Source of the DNA: Bacteroidales bacterium | GTDB taxonomy: Bacteria > Bacteroidota > Bacteroidia > Bacteroidales > WCHB1-69 | Assembly (NCBI GenBank): GCA_017554325.1 | Contig: JAFZIP010000005.1 | Coordinates: forward strand, 197,385-261,384 | Direction of reading: 5' to 3' | DNA: 64,000 nucleotides | In this document: piece after piece, positions 56,326-64,000 of the stretch | Layout: each line of letters starts with the position of its first letter | Position numbering within the stretch: position 1 is the first letter of the stretch | The notes under the pieces: model-generated | Seen by the model: the letters and a program-made list of their open reading frames with translations, nothing else | What the model was told of the DNA's origin: nothing | Database searches by the model: none | Program-made: the position numbers and the translations under genes

Positions 56326-57642
56326 TCATTTGCACATCTCCTCCACCCCTTTGATCAGCAGGGACACAATGCTGTGATATTGCGTCAGGCTGGCGTTTTC
56401 GGGGGTGTCGTCGGGCTGATGATAGCCGCCGGTCCTGCCGCCCAACGTGTAAACAAACACCGCCGGCATGCCCTTCTTGGCAAACGGATAATGGTCGCTG
56501 TTGGCCGCATTGGGGCGCGACTTGATCTCCTTTACGCTATGCTTCTTTTTGTTTAATTCCACCAAAGCATTATAAAAATCCTTCGTGTTGTCGGCCTGCG
56601 AATTCACCACCATGAATCCGTCATCACCGCCACAGAGGAGGTCTAAATTCAACATCAACTTCACCTTGGAGAAGTCAAACAGCGAATCGCGGACGAAAAA
56701 CGACGAGCCCATCAGGCCCGCTTCCTCGCCGCTGAACGCAACGAAAATGGTCGTGTAGCGCAACGGATGCGCCTTGAAATAGTGCGCCATGTCCAACATC
56801 GTGGCCGTGCCCGACGCATTGTCATGGCAACCCGGGAACATGATATCCTCGCCCATTTGACCGAGATGGTCGTAGTGCGCGCCAATCACCACAATGCTGT
56901 CCGGCACTTCCGTGCCCGGAATGTACGCACACACATTCTGCGTGTTATGAAAACTCAACTCGTTGGTACATCGCAGCTTGATCTTATTGTTCTTTTTCTT
57001 AACCAAGGCAGATTTTACATAACACAATACATATTCACAATTGCTTTTGGCAAATGCAAACGACCACTGCGGTATCTCCTCCACACCCAATATCAGTCCC
57101 TTAAACGGATATGTCCCGTTCCACACGTGCAGATAACGGCACATCTCATCCACTTTTTTCTTAATATTCTGGTCCTCACACCTGCTCATATCCACATACA
57201 ACAAACAGTTGTTGTCCATCTGCTTTTTGTTTTTCTGACAAAACTCCTTGAGCAGGTTAGGACTGACGAGCACCTGTGGATCAATGGGCAACATAACATA
57301 CTCTGCATCCGCCGAATGCGAATAGGGGGCAAACGAAAACTGGCTCCACAACTCCAACGGCTTGCCGTTCAACTCCGCCGACACTTTTCCTTCCATCGCA
57401 TAAACTGTAAAACCATACCGTTCGAAGTAGTCTGAATAATGGAACGGAGCTATCTGCATCCGCTTGAACTGCTCGCGGATATAGTCTGCGGCCACGCCAT
57501 CCCCATTGTACGCATAGCCACGCCCGTGCATGGCAGGCGCGCACAAATCCTGCAAATATTTGCGCACTTGAACGCTATCCTGGGCCTGAAGATTGAAGAT
57601 ATTGAGAATCAGAACAACAGACAGAATGATCGATTTTCGCAT
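56326..57642 (-). CDS. M28-family metallopeptidase (aminopeptidase)
   Basis: Signal peptide plus Zn-ligand contexts VIGAHYDHLG, HDNASGTA, FSGEEAGLMGS and SDHYPF. Confidence 0.85.
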   Translation of the reverse strand: MRKSIILSVVLILNIFNLQAQDSVQVRKYLQDLCAPAMHGRGYAYNGDGVAADYIREQFKRMQIAPFHYSDYFERYGFTVYAMEGKVSAELNGKPLELWSQFSFAPYSHSADAEYVMLPIDPQVLVSPNLLKEFCQKNKKQMDNNCLLYVDMSRCEDQNIKKKVDEMCRYLHVWNGTYPFKGLILGVEEIPQWSFAFAKSNCEYVLCYVKSALVKKKNNKIKLRCTNELSFHNTQNVCAYIPGTEVPDSIVVIGAHYDHLGQMGEDIMFPGCHDNASGTATMLDMAHYFKAHPLRYTTIFVAFSGEEAGLMGSSFFVRDSLFDFSKVKLMLNLDLLCGGDDGFMVVNSQADNTKDFYNALVELNKKKHSVKEIKSRPNAANSDHYPFAKKGMPAVFVYTLGGRTGGYHQPDDTPENASLTQYHSIVSLLIKGVEEMCK

Positions 57643-57650
57643 AATGAAGA

Positions 57651-58751
57651 TTATTTGAGATTATGAAGTGCGTAGCAATAGGCTCCTGTGGTCGTGGCCA
57701 CGCTGGTACCGATGTGGGAAACGGCTATGCCCAGCCGCTTCCGCGTGTCGCAAACAATTTTCTCTTTCGTGCCATAAATGGCAATCTCGCGTTGCTCGCC
57801 CTGTGCAAAGGCCTTGAACTCGGCTTCGTCCTCCAGATTATACACGTACGAAGGAACGCGCGAAAGGGTGTCCCCGCCACGCGTGCGCATCTGCGCGCGC
57901 AACTCCTTGAGCAAGGCTGGCATGTAGTATTTGTGCGACTTGGAAAGCCCGCCGCCGAGCACGATGATGCCGTCCAACATGCACACCGCATGCGCGATGG
58001 CATAGCCGGCCACCTCGCCAAAACGGGCGAAAGCCAACTGTGCCGCCTTCTGGTCACCCTCCAAGATGCCTTCGGCAATTTTGAAAATATCCAAGGAATC
58101 TTTATAGCTGTCTTTCTTCGGGTCGGTGGCTATCATGCGGTAGTTATACAACACTGCGCGCTGCGAAACACCCTCTTCCACAATTAATTCCGGCTCCAGT
58201 TTATGCGGTGTGCAATAGATCTCCGAGCAGCAGTTGTCGCCGATGTACATCTGCTCGAGCGAGGTGATGCCAATGCCGAAGCCGGTACCGAGGATGAATC
58301 CGATGAGATTATGATACTGCTTCACCGAGCCCATCTTCTTGAGCTTGGCGTTTACTTCCGGCAACAAACCAGCCAATGCTTCGCCGTATGTAAACAAATC
58401 CGCATCATTGTTGATGAAGACGGGCATTTTGAACTTGCGTTCCAAAAACGGGCCGAGCGCCACCCCATCCTCAAAGGCCGGGAAATTGGTCAGCCGCGTC
58501 GGGAAAACGCCGTTGGGATAGTCGGCGGGGCCGGGAAAAGCGAAGCTGATGGCCACGGGCTTTTCGGGCAGTTTCTTTATCACTGCTTCAAAACCGCGCA
58601 CCAGATTGCCCAAACACTTGTCCAGATTCTGCGCCTCGGAAGGAAATTCTATGGTATCCACGATGGATTGGTTGCCCCGGATGGCGTTGAAACGGAAATG
58701 GGTGCCGCCGGCGTCCAAGGTAACCACTATTCTTTTATCATTTTCGTACAT
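57651..58751 (-). CDS. ROK-family sugar kinase
   Basis: VTLDAGGTHFRF (ATP-binding N-terminus) and GGGLSK. I chose the ATG at 58751 as the start. It sits in a mannoside-utilisation neighbourhood. Confidence 0.75.
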   Translation of the reverse strand: MYENDKRIVVTLDAGGTHFRFNAIRGNQSIVDTIEFPSEAQNLDKCLGNLVRGFEAVIKKLPEKPVAISFAFPGPADYPNGVFPTRLTNFPAFEDGVALGPFLERKFKMPVFINNDADLFTYGEALAGLLPEVNAKLKKMGSVKQYHNLIGFILGTGFGIGITSLEQMYIGDNCCSEIYCTPHKLEPELIVEEGVSQRAVLYNYRMIATDPKKDSYKDSLDIFKIAEGILEGDQKAAQLAFARFGEVAGYAIAHAVCMLDGIIVLGGGLSKSHKYYMPALLKELRAQMRTRGGDTLSRVPSYVYNLEDEAEFKAFAQGEQREIAIYGTKEKIVCDTRKRLGIAVSHIGTSVATTTGAYCYALHNLK

Positions 58752-58815
58752 AGCAAAAAAATTTCTGCAAAGATACCTTTTTTCGTATTTTTGCAACGCT
58801 TAAAAAACAATCTTT

Positions 58816-60012
58816 ATGAAAAAATCATTATCCCTTGTATCCGTATTCTTCGTCTTCTTGGCCATGGGTTTCGGCGATGCCGCCGGCCAGCTGGTTTCCG
58901 TCGTGGAAAAGGCATTCCACATCTCGCCTTTCTTGGCCTCTTTCGTCTCCTTCGCCGGCATGATCATGTTCGGTGTGCTGTCGGTGCCCACGGGCGTGTG
59001 GCAGTCAAAAACCGGCAAGAAGAAGATGCTGACCATCGGACTTATATTGTTCCTTTTGGGTGCAATTCTGCCCATCATAGCCTTCAACTTCCCCATCATT
59101 TTGCTGGCGGTGCTGTTGATGGGCGCCGGAGCCACCATCTTGCAGGTGTCCGGCAACCCGCTCATCCGTGACGTGTCGCCCGAAGGCAAATACTCCAGCA
59201 TGCTCTCATTCGCCCAGTCTCTGAAAGCCATCGGCACGTTGTCCACCTCGCTCATCCTGGTGCTCATCGGCACCTCGCTGATGAAGTATGGCTGGTTCTC
59301 GTTCACGCCGGAAGGCTCAACGGAGACCGTAGATATGGGATTCCGCATCCTCTTCCCCATCTTCGCCGCTGTGCTGCTCGTGACCCTGATTCTCGTGCTG
59401 CTTTTCGTGCCGAACAATGCCGAAAAAGAGGAGACACAGCCTACCACATTAGGCAACTGCATCAAAGCGTTGGGCATTCCTTACATCCTGATGATGTTCT
59501 TGGGCATCTTTTTCTACTGCGGTGCCGAGGCTTCCATGTTCAACCGCATTCCTTCTATTTTGATTGAAAACAATCCGGGCATCACGCCGGCATTGGGCAA
59601 CATCGTGCTCATCATCGCCCTGTTCGTGGGCCGTTTCTTCGGCGGCGTATGTCTGCGCCATATCAAGCCGGCCGTATTCCTCGTGCTCACCATCCTGGTT
59701 TCCATCATCGGCAATGTGCTTCTGTTTCTGCCGTACAACGCCTTCACCACCTGGTTGAGTTTCATTCTGATCGGTATCGGCTTCGCCAACATCTTCCCGC
59801 TTATCTTCTCCATCAGCGTGGATAAGATGCCGGAGAAGACCAACGAGATTGCCGGTTTGATGACCACGGCCATCGTAGGTGCCGCCATCGTGCCGCTCCT
59901 TACGGGTGCCGCCGCCAACGTGGCTCCGAGATATGCCTTCTTCGTTACGCTGGCCTGCCTGCTCTATTTGGGCTTCGTGGCATTGAAGAATCGTGATACT
60001 GTTAAAGCATAA
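58816..60012 (+). CDS. MFS sugar transporter (FucP / glucose-galactose type)
   Basis: 398 aa with 12 TM helices, adjacent to the GH92 and ROK kinase genes. Confidence 0.75.
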   Translation: MKKSLSLVSVFFVFLAMGFGDAAGQLVSVVEKAFHISPFLASFVSFAGMIMFGVLSVPTGVWQSKTGKKKMLTIGLILFLLGAILPIIAFNFPIILLAVLLMGAGATILQVSGNPLIRDVSPEGKYSSMLSFAQSLKAIGTLSTSLILVLIGTSLMKYGWFSFTPEGSTETVDMGFRILFPIFAAVLLVTLILVLLFVPNNAEKEETQPTTLGNCIKALGIPYILMMFLGIFFYCGAEASMFNRIPSILIENNPGITPALGNIVLIIALFVGRFFGGVCLRHIKPAVFLVLTILVSIIGNVLLFLPYNAFTTWLSFILIGIGFANIFPLIFSISVDKMPEKTNEIAGLMTTAIVGAAIVPLLTGAAANVAPRYAFFVTLACLLYLGFVALKNRDTVKA

Positions 60013-60024
60013 AAGACACATAGC

Positions 60025-62940
60025 ATGAAAAAGATCCTCGTTTTCTGGATAGCGTTCCTCGCAGCTTTCACCGTCACCGCGCAGAGCGAATATGTCAACC
60101 CCTTCGTAGGCACCGCTGAACACGGGCACACGTTTCCCGGGGCCATCGTGCCTTTCGGAGCCATACAGGTGAGCCCCGACACGCGCCTCGACGGCTGGGA
60201 CGGCTGCTCCGGCTACCACTACACCGATAGCCTCATCTACGGCTTCTCGCACACCCACCTCAGCGGCACGGGCTGCAGCGACTATGGTGATGTGCTCGTC
60301 ACCCCGTTCATCGGAGAGCCCTCTATCCACAACGAGGAGTATGCCCTGTCGTTCTCCCACAAAAACGAGCACGCCTCGCCCGGTCTCTACCATGTCATGC
60401 TTAACAACGGCATTTTCGCGAAGCTGACCGCCGGCCAGCGCGTGGCCATGCACAGCTATTCTTTCCCCAAGAAAGGGCAACGCGGCATCATCATCGACCT
60501 GACCCATCGCGACAAGGTGCTGGCTTCGGGCATCACCATTGATGGCAATATGATTTTGGGATTCCGTCGCTCCGAAGCCTGGAACCCCGACCAGTATTGC
60601 GCCTTCTCCATCATTCCTTCCGAGCCAATCCAGAAGATTGAGTTTTACAAAGATGACAAACTTGTAACGGAGAATGATGTGCGCGGCGAGAACTGCAAAG
60701 CCATCGTCTATTTCTCCGAAAAGGTGAAATCCGTTACGCTCAACGTGGCCATCTCCGCCGTGGACATCCAAGGAGCGATTAACAACCAGAAAGAACTTCA
60801 GGACAAGACTTTTGAGCAGGTGAATACGGAGGCTGTGGCTGCCTGGGACAAGGAACTGGGCAAAATCAAGGTCGAGTCCTCCAATAAAGAGTATCTCAAA
60901 ACTTTCTACACTGCTCTGTATCACTGTTTCACCTCCCCGTATCTCTATTCCGACTTGGATGGTCGATACCGCGGACAGGACGGCGAGATTCACAACGGAG
61001 ACCCGAAGCACCAGATGTACACCGTTTTCTCGCTGTGGGACACCTACCGTGCCCTGCACCCATTGTTGAACATCATCGACCGCAAGCGCACCGAAGATTT
61101 CCTTTACACCTTCATGCAACACTACCGCGAGGGCAGCATGCTGCCCGTGTGGGAGCTCTCGGCCCACGAAACCTGGTGCATGATCGGCTACCATTCCGTG
61201 CCCGTCATCTGGGATGCGTACGTCAAAGGCATGCGTCCCTACGATGTGAATGAGATGTTGCGCGCCATGGTGCACAGCGCCACCCTCCACAAGCTCGGAC
61301 GACCCGAGTATGCCCAATATGGCTATATCCCCGGGGATGCCGACAACGAATCTGTGTCCAAAACGCTGGAATACGCCTACGATGATTGGTGCATCGCCCA
61401 GTTTGCCAAAGAGATAGGCAACAAAGAGGTTTATGACGAGTTCATCGACCGCGCCCAGTTCTACAAGAACATTCTGGACCCCGACGGGTTCATGCACGGC
61501 AAAATCAACGGTGGTTTTTCCACTCCTTTTAACCCCACAGAGGTGAACAACTTCTTCACCGAGGCCAACTGCTGGCAATACTCCACCTACGTGCCGCACG
61601 ATGTCACCGACTACGTCTATCTCATGGGCGGCGAAAAAGCCATGGGCGTGTTTCTGGACTCTCTGTTTTACGGCGATTCGAAGATGACCGGCCGTGACCA
61701 GTCTGACATCACCGGCGTGATTGGGCAATATGCGCACGGCAACGAGCCAAGCCACCACGCCGTCTACCTCTACAACTTCGTAAGCCAGCCTTGGAAAACG
61801 CAAGAGCTGACCCGCAAAATCATGACGGAACTCTACACCTCCAAGCCCGACGGACTTTGCGGCAACGAGGACTGTGGCCAGATGTCGGCCTGGTACGTAT
61901 TCAGCGCCATGGGCTTCTATCCCGTTTGCCCCGGGAAGAACCAATACATCATCGGCTATCCACTGTTCGACAAGGTTACGGTTAATCTGGAAAACGGCAA
62001 GAAACTGATTATCACCAAAGACAAAGATCTGCCCTACATACAGTCTGTGCACTACAATGGCGAGGAAATCACCAAATCATACATCACCTACAACCAGATC
62101 AAAGATGGCGGATTGTTGGAATTCAAGATGGGCGACAAGCCCAGCGAGACGTGGGGTGTGGGCTATCTGAACACGCCCAAGGCCATCATCAACCCGACGG
62201 TGACCACAGTGCCCTATTTCTCCACCGACCAGGAGCGTTTCAGCGACAGTCTGACCGTCAGTATCAACCTGTACCAGCGCAATTTGCCAGACGTCGTGCC
62301 CATGTCGGCGCTCACCGACATCTACTACACGACCGACGGCAGCACGCCCGCGCCCACGCACGGCACGAAATACGAAGGTCCCATCACCATCAAAGAGAAC
62401 ACCACGCTGAAAGCCATCGCTTTCAACAAGATTTCCGGGGCCAGCAAGGTAGCCGAGGCCAACTATCGATATTTCAAGAGAGACAAAAAAATGTCCTACA
62501 TCACCAAACCTGCCCAGCATTACTTTGCGGGCGGTGAAGACGGCCTCATCGACGGGCTGCGCGCGAGGGCCAACTGGCGCGTGGGCGGCTGGCAAGGCTT
62601 CCCCGGCGACTTCGAGGGTGTAATCACGTTGGATGAGCCCAAGACGGTACACTCCGTGGCTGTAAGTTGCCTGGAAGACGTGCGGGCCTGGATTTTCTAC
62701 CCCTCCAAAGTGGAAGTTTACATCTCGGACGATGGCGAGCACTACACGCTGTTCGGCACCGCCAACGGCATTGGCTCCGAGAAGTCGGAAGATGCCAAGC
62801 TGCACGAGTTTGTGGTCAAGGGCAACGCCACCGGACGCTATCTCAAAGTGAAAGCATCCAGTTACGGAAAATTGCCCGCTTGGCATATCAGCGCAGGCGA
62901 GCAGTCGTGGATGTTTATGGATGAGATTTCAGTGGAGTAA
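60025..62940 (+). CDS. GH92-family alpha-mannosidase with C-terminal chitobiase-C-like and F5/8 type C (discoidin) domains
   Basis: YVNPFVGTAEHGHTFPGAIVPFGAIQVSPDT is the GH92 N-terminal signature. GNEPSHH and CGNEDCGQMSAWY are also present. IYYTTDGSTPAPTHGTKYEGPITIKENTTLKAIAF marks the CHB_HEX_C-like domain, and a discoidin-like domain forms the C-terminus. Confidence 0.9.
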   Translation: MKKILVFWIAFLAAFTVTAQSEYVNPFVGTAEHGHTFPGAIVPFGAIQVSPDTRLDGWDGCSGYHYTDSLIYGFSHTHLSGTGCSDYGDVLVTPFIGEPSIHNEEYALSFSHKNEHASPGLYHVMLNNGIFAKLTAGQRVAMHSYSFPKKGQRGIIIDLTHRDKVLASGITIDGNMILGFRRSEAWNPDQYCAFSIIPSEPIQKIEFYKDDKLVTENDVRGENCKAIVYFSEKVKSVTLNVAISAVDIQGAINNQKELQDKTFEQVNTEAVAAWDKELGKIKVESSNKEYLKTFYTALYHCFTSPYLYSDLDGRYRGQDGEIHNGDPKHQMYTVFSLWDTYRALHPLLNIIDRKRTEDFLYTFMQHYREGSMLPVWELSAHETWCMIGYHSVPVIWDAYVKGMRPYDVNEMLRAMVHSATLHKLGRPEYAQYGYIPGDADNESVSKTLEYAYDDWCIAQFAKEIGNKEVYDEFIDRAQFYKNILDPDGFMHGKINGGFSTPFNPTEVNNFFTEANCWQYSTYVPHDVTDYVYLMGGEKAMGVFLDSLFYGDSKMTGRDQSDITGVIGQYAHGNEPSHHAVYLYNFVSQPWKTQELTRKIMTELYTSKPDGLCGNEDCGQMSAWYVFSAMGFYPVCPGKNQYIIGYPLFDKVTVNLENGKKLIITKDKDLPYIQSVHYNGEEITKSYITYNQIKDGGLLEFKMGDKPSETWGVGYLNTPKAIINPTVTTVPYFSTDQERFSDSLTVSINLYQRNLPDVVPMSALTDIYYTTDGSTPAPTHGTKYEGPITIKENTTLKAIAFNKISGASKVAEANYRYFKRDKKMSYITKPAQHYFAGGEDGLIDGLRARANWRVGGWQGFPGDFEGVITLDEPKTVHSVAVSCLEDVRAWIFYPSKVEVYISDDGEHYTLFGTANGIGSEKSEDAKLHEFVVKGNATGRYLKVKASSYGKLPAWHISAGEQSWMFMDEISVE

Positions 62941-62973
62941 AGGAGGATAAGAGGAAAAGAGGAAGAAGGAAAA

Positions 62974-63102
62974 GAATTCCCCTTCTGTTTTAGATTTGAC
63001 GAATGAGCGAGGGCAGAGGAAAAACTTGTTTTTGCTCTGCCGAGCGATGAGGAAAAGCAGGCTTGCCTGCAATGGTTGGCCGAAGGCCGGGGTAGTAATA
63101 TG
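62974..63102 (+). repeat. Long form (~129 nt) of the 'GAATTCCCCTTCT...GGGGTAGTAATAT' structured element, copy 2
   Basis: Aligns with 44770-44898. It sits 34 nt after the GH92 stop, again at a GC-rich to AT-rich transition. Confidence 0.8.
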
Positions 63103-63509
63103 AAGAGATTTTTTTGCGGTAAAAATCTATCGTAACGTTTTTTTTCTATTTTTGCTGCATAAAATCAAACATGTTCAGAATCATCCATATTTTTGAATGC
63201 TATTTCCTACATGCCAATATCTATTGGCTGGGTATTTTGGGCTGCTTAGAACTTTGCTCTCTGCCATTATAGCACTTGCCGATGGCAGAGAGGCAGGTAC
63301 CAGAGCAGGGAAATCGCCATTCTTTTCGCACAGGACAACGAAATCCCCGCTGAAACCAGTACCCGTAGGGCATTGACCGACCACACAATCTTGCGTTATA
63401 TCTGTACCGTAAGGCGTGCGCGACAAAACTGCCTCAAAAATAGTGTTTTTTTTGCTGTTTTGCACAGATAATTTGAATTTATTTTATAAAATTTAATATC
63501 GGAAAAAAA

Positions 63510-64000
63510 ATGAAAAAGATTATAGTTTTGGCTTTAACAGCCGCGTTTACAAGCGCAATCCTTATGGGTTGCGAGAAAGACAATGTTAAATCCGCGCGAC
63601 AATCATTGTCTAGGTATTCATTCGATGATATTGATTTAATAATTCAAGAAATGTCAACTTTCCATGCTGATTACATGACATACTTTTTGAATAGTATTTA
63701 TCCAACCATTGAAAGATTAGATTCTTTGTCTTATGATATTATCAGAGAATCTATATGTGATAAGATGCTTGATTATCCATTTAAACATTGTTCCATTTCT
63801 GACTCATTGTGTTATTTAGCGATATCTAACATACCACTTTCTCTTTACTACAATATTATTAATTTCAGTCAATCATCTTATGATTTTAGTCTCTTGAATG
63901 AAATAGAGAGTTTAAAAGATGTGATAGTGACTCTCAACACTGATGCATTATCAGATTTCTTTGTTTCAGTAGACAGCATCATTCCATCTTTTATTGATAA
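63510..64000 (+). CDS. Hypothetical lipoprotein, 5' part (open at the window end)
   Basis: My own translation gives MKKIIVLALTAAFTSAILMGCEKDNVKSARQSL..., with a lipobox LMGC. The frame is open to position 64000 and the region is AT-rich. It is absent from the ORF track because it has no stop. Confidence 0.55.
   Translation, partial: MKKIIVLALTAAFTSAILMGCEKDNVKSARQSLSRYSFDDIDLIIQEMSTFHADYMTYFLNSIYPTIERLDSLSYDIIRESICDKMLDYPFKHCSISDSLCYLAISNIPLSLYYNIINFSQSSYDFSLLNEIESLKDVIVTLNTDALSDFFVSVDSIIPSFID

Noticed and set aside
59449-62052. 867-aa minus-strand ORF, the longest 'extra' ORF in the track.
   Set aside because: It is antisense to the well-supported MFS and GH92 genes. Its translation is V/G/H/R/A-rich with no motifs, as expected from the reverse frame of GC-rich coding DNA.
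63181-63465. 94-aa minus-strand ORF in the terminal AT-rich region.
   Set aside because: It has a GTG start, no recognisable motif or promoter box, and a composition that is not clearly protein-like. Support is too weak to list it as a feature.

Overview
The window looks like a Bacteroidota (probably Bacteroidales) chromosome. Evidence is the T9SS C-terminal sorting domain, TAnnTTTG '-7' promoter boxes in front of many genes, a FISUMP-domain protein, GH92 and S46 enzymes, and a large type II-C Cas9 with 47-nt repeats. Most of the window is GC-rich core genome: relA/spoT, an S8 protease, dnaX, bamD, rpoZ-like, coaBC, recN, xseB, trmD, rpmB, a TonB-dependent receptor, uvrC, an S46 peptidase, rpsT, an MscS channel, an SGNH/MBOAT O-acyltransferase cluster, and a mannoside cluster (M28, ROK, MFS, GH92). 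Two visibly AT-richer accessory blocks interrupt it. (1) At 20.9-28.6 kb sits a complete type II-C CRISPR-Cas locus: a divergent tracrRNA, cas9, a Bro-N/DinD-like gene wedged between cas9 and cas1, cas1, cas2 and the array. The far end of the array is odd. The last regular repeat and a further degenerate repeat each carry the same 64-nt palindromic insertion at the same position. Between them, in a 'spacer' position, lies a 107-aa protein gene that appears to use the promoter box of the degenerate repeat. (2) At 44.9-55.2 kb sits a co-directional defence-island-like block: an AAA ATPase plus RloB-like pair (AbiL-like), a DUF4268 nuclease-like protein, a BcgI-like type IIB restriction-modification pair, and a 1110-aa YobI/KAP-type membrane P-loop NTPase with a small TM/coiled-coil protein. 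Gene remnants follow it. Other notable items: dnaX is split over two frames at a prfB-like +1 site; a cobalamin riboswitch controls a lone beta-propeller lipoprotein; and there are three families of structured intergenic repeats, one flanking a DUF559 endonuclease-like gene as inverted repeats and also marking core/AT-rich junctions. All calls come from reading the sequence and the ORF translations. No database search was possible.
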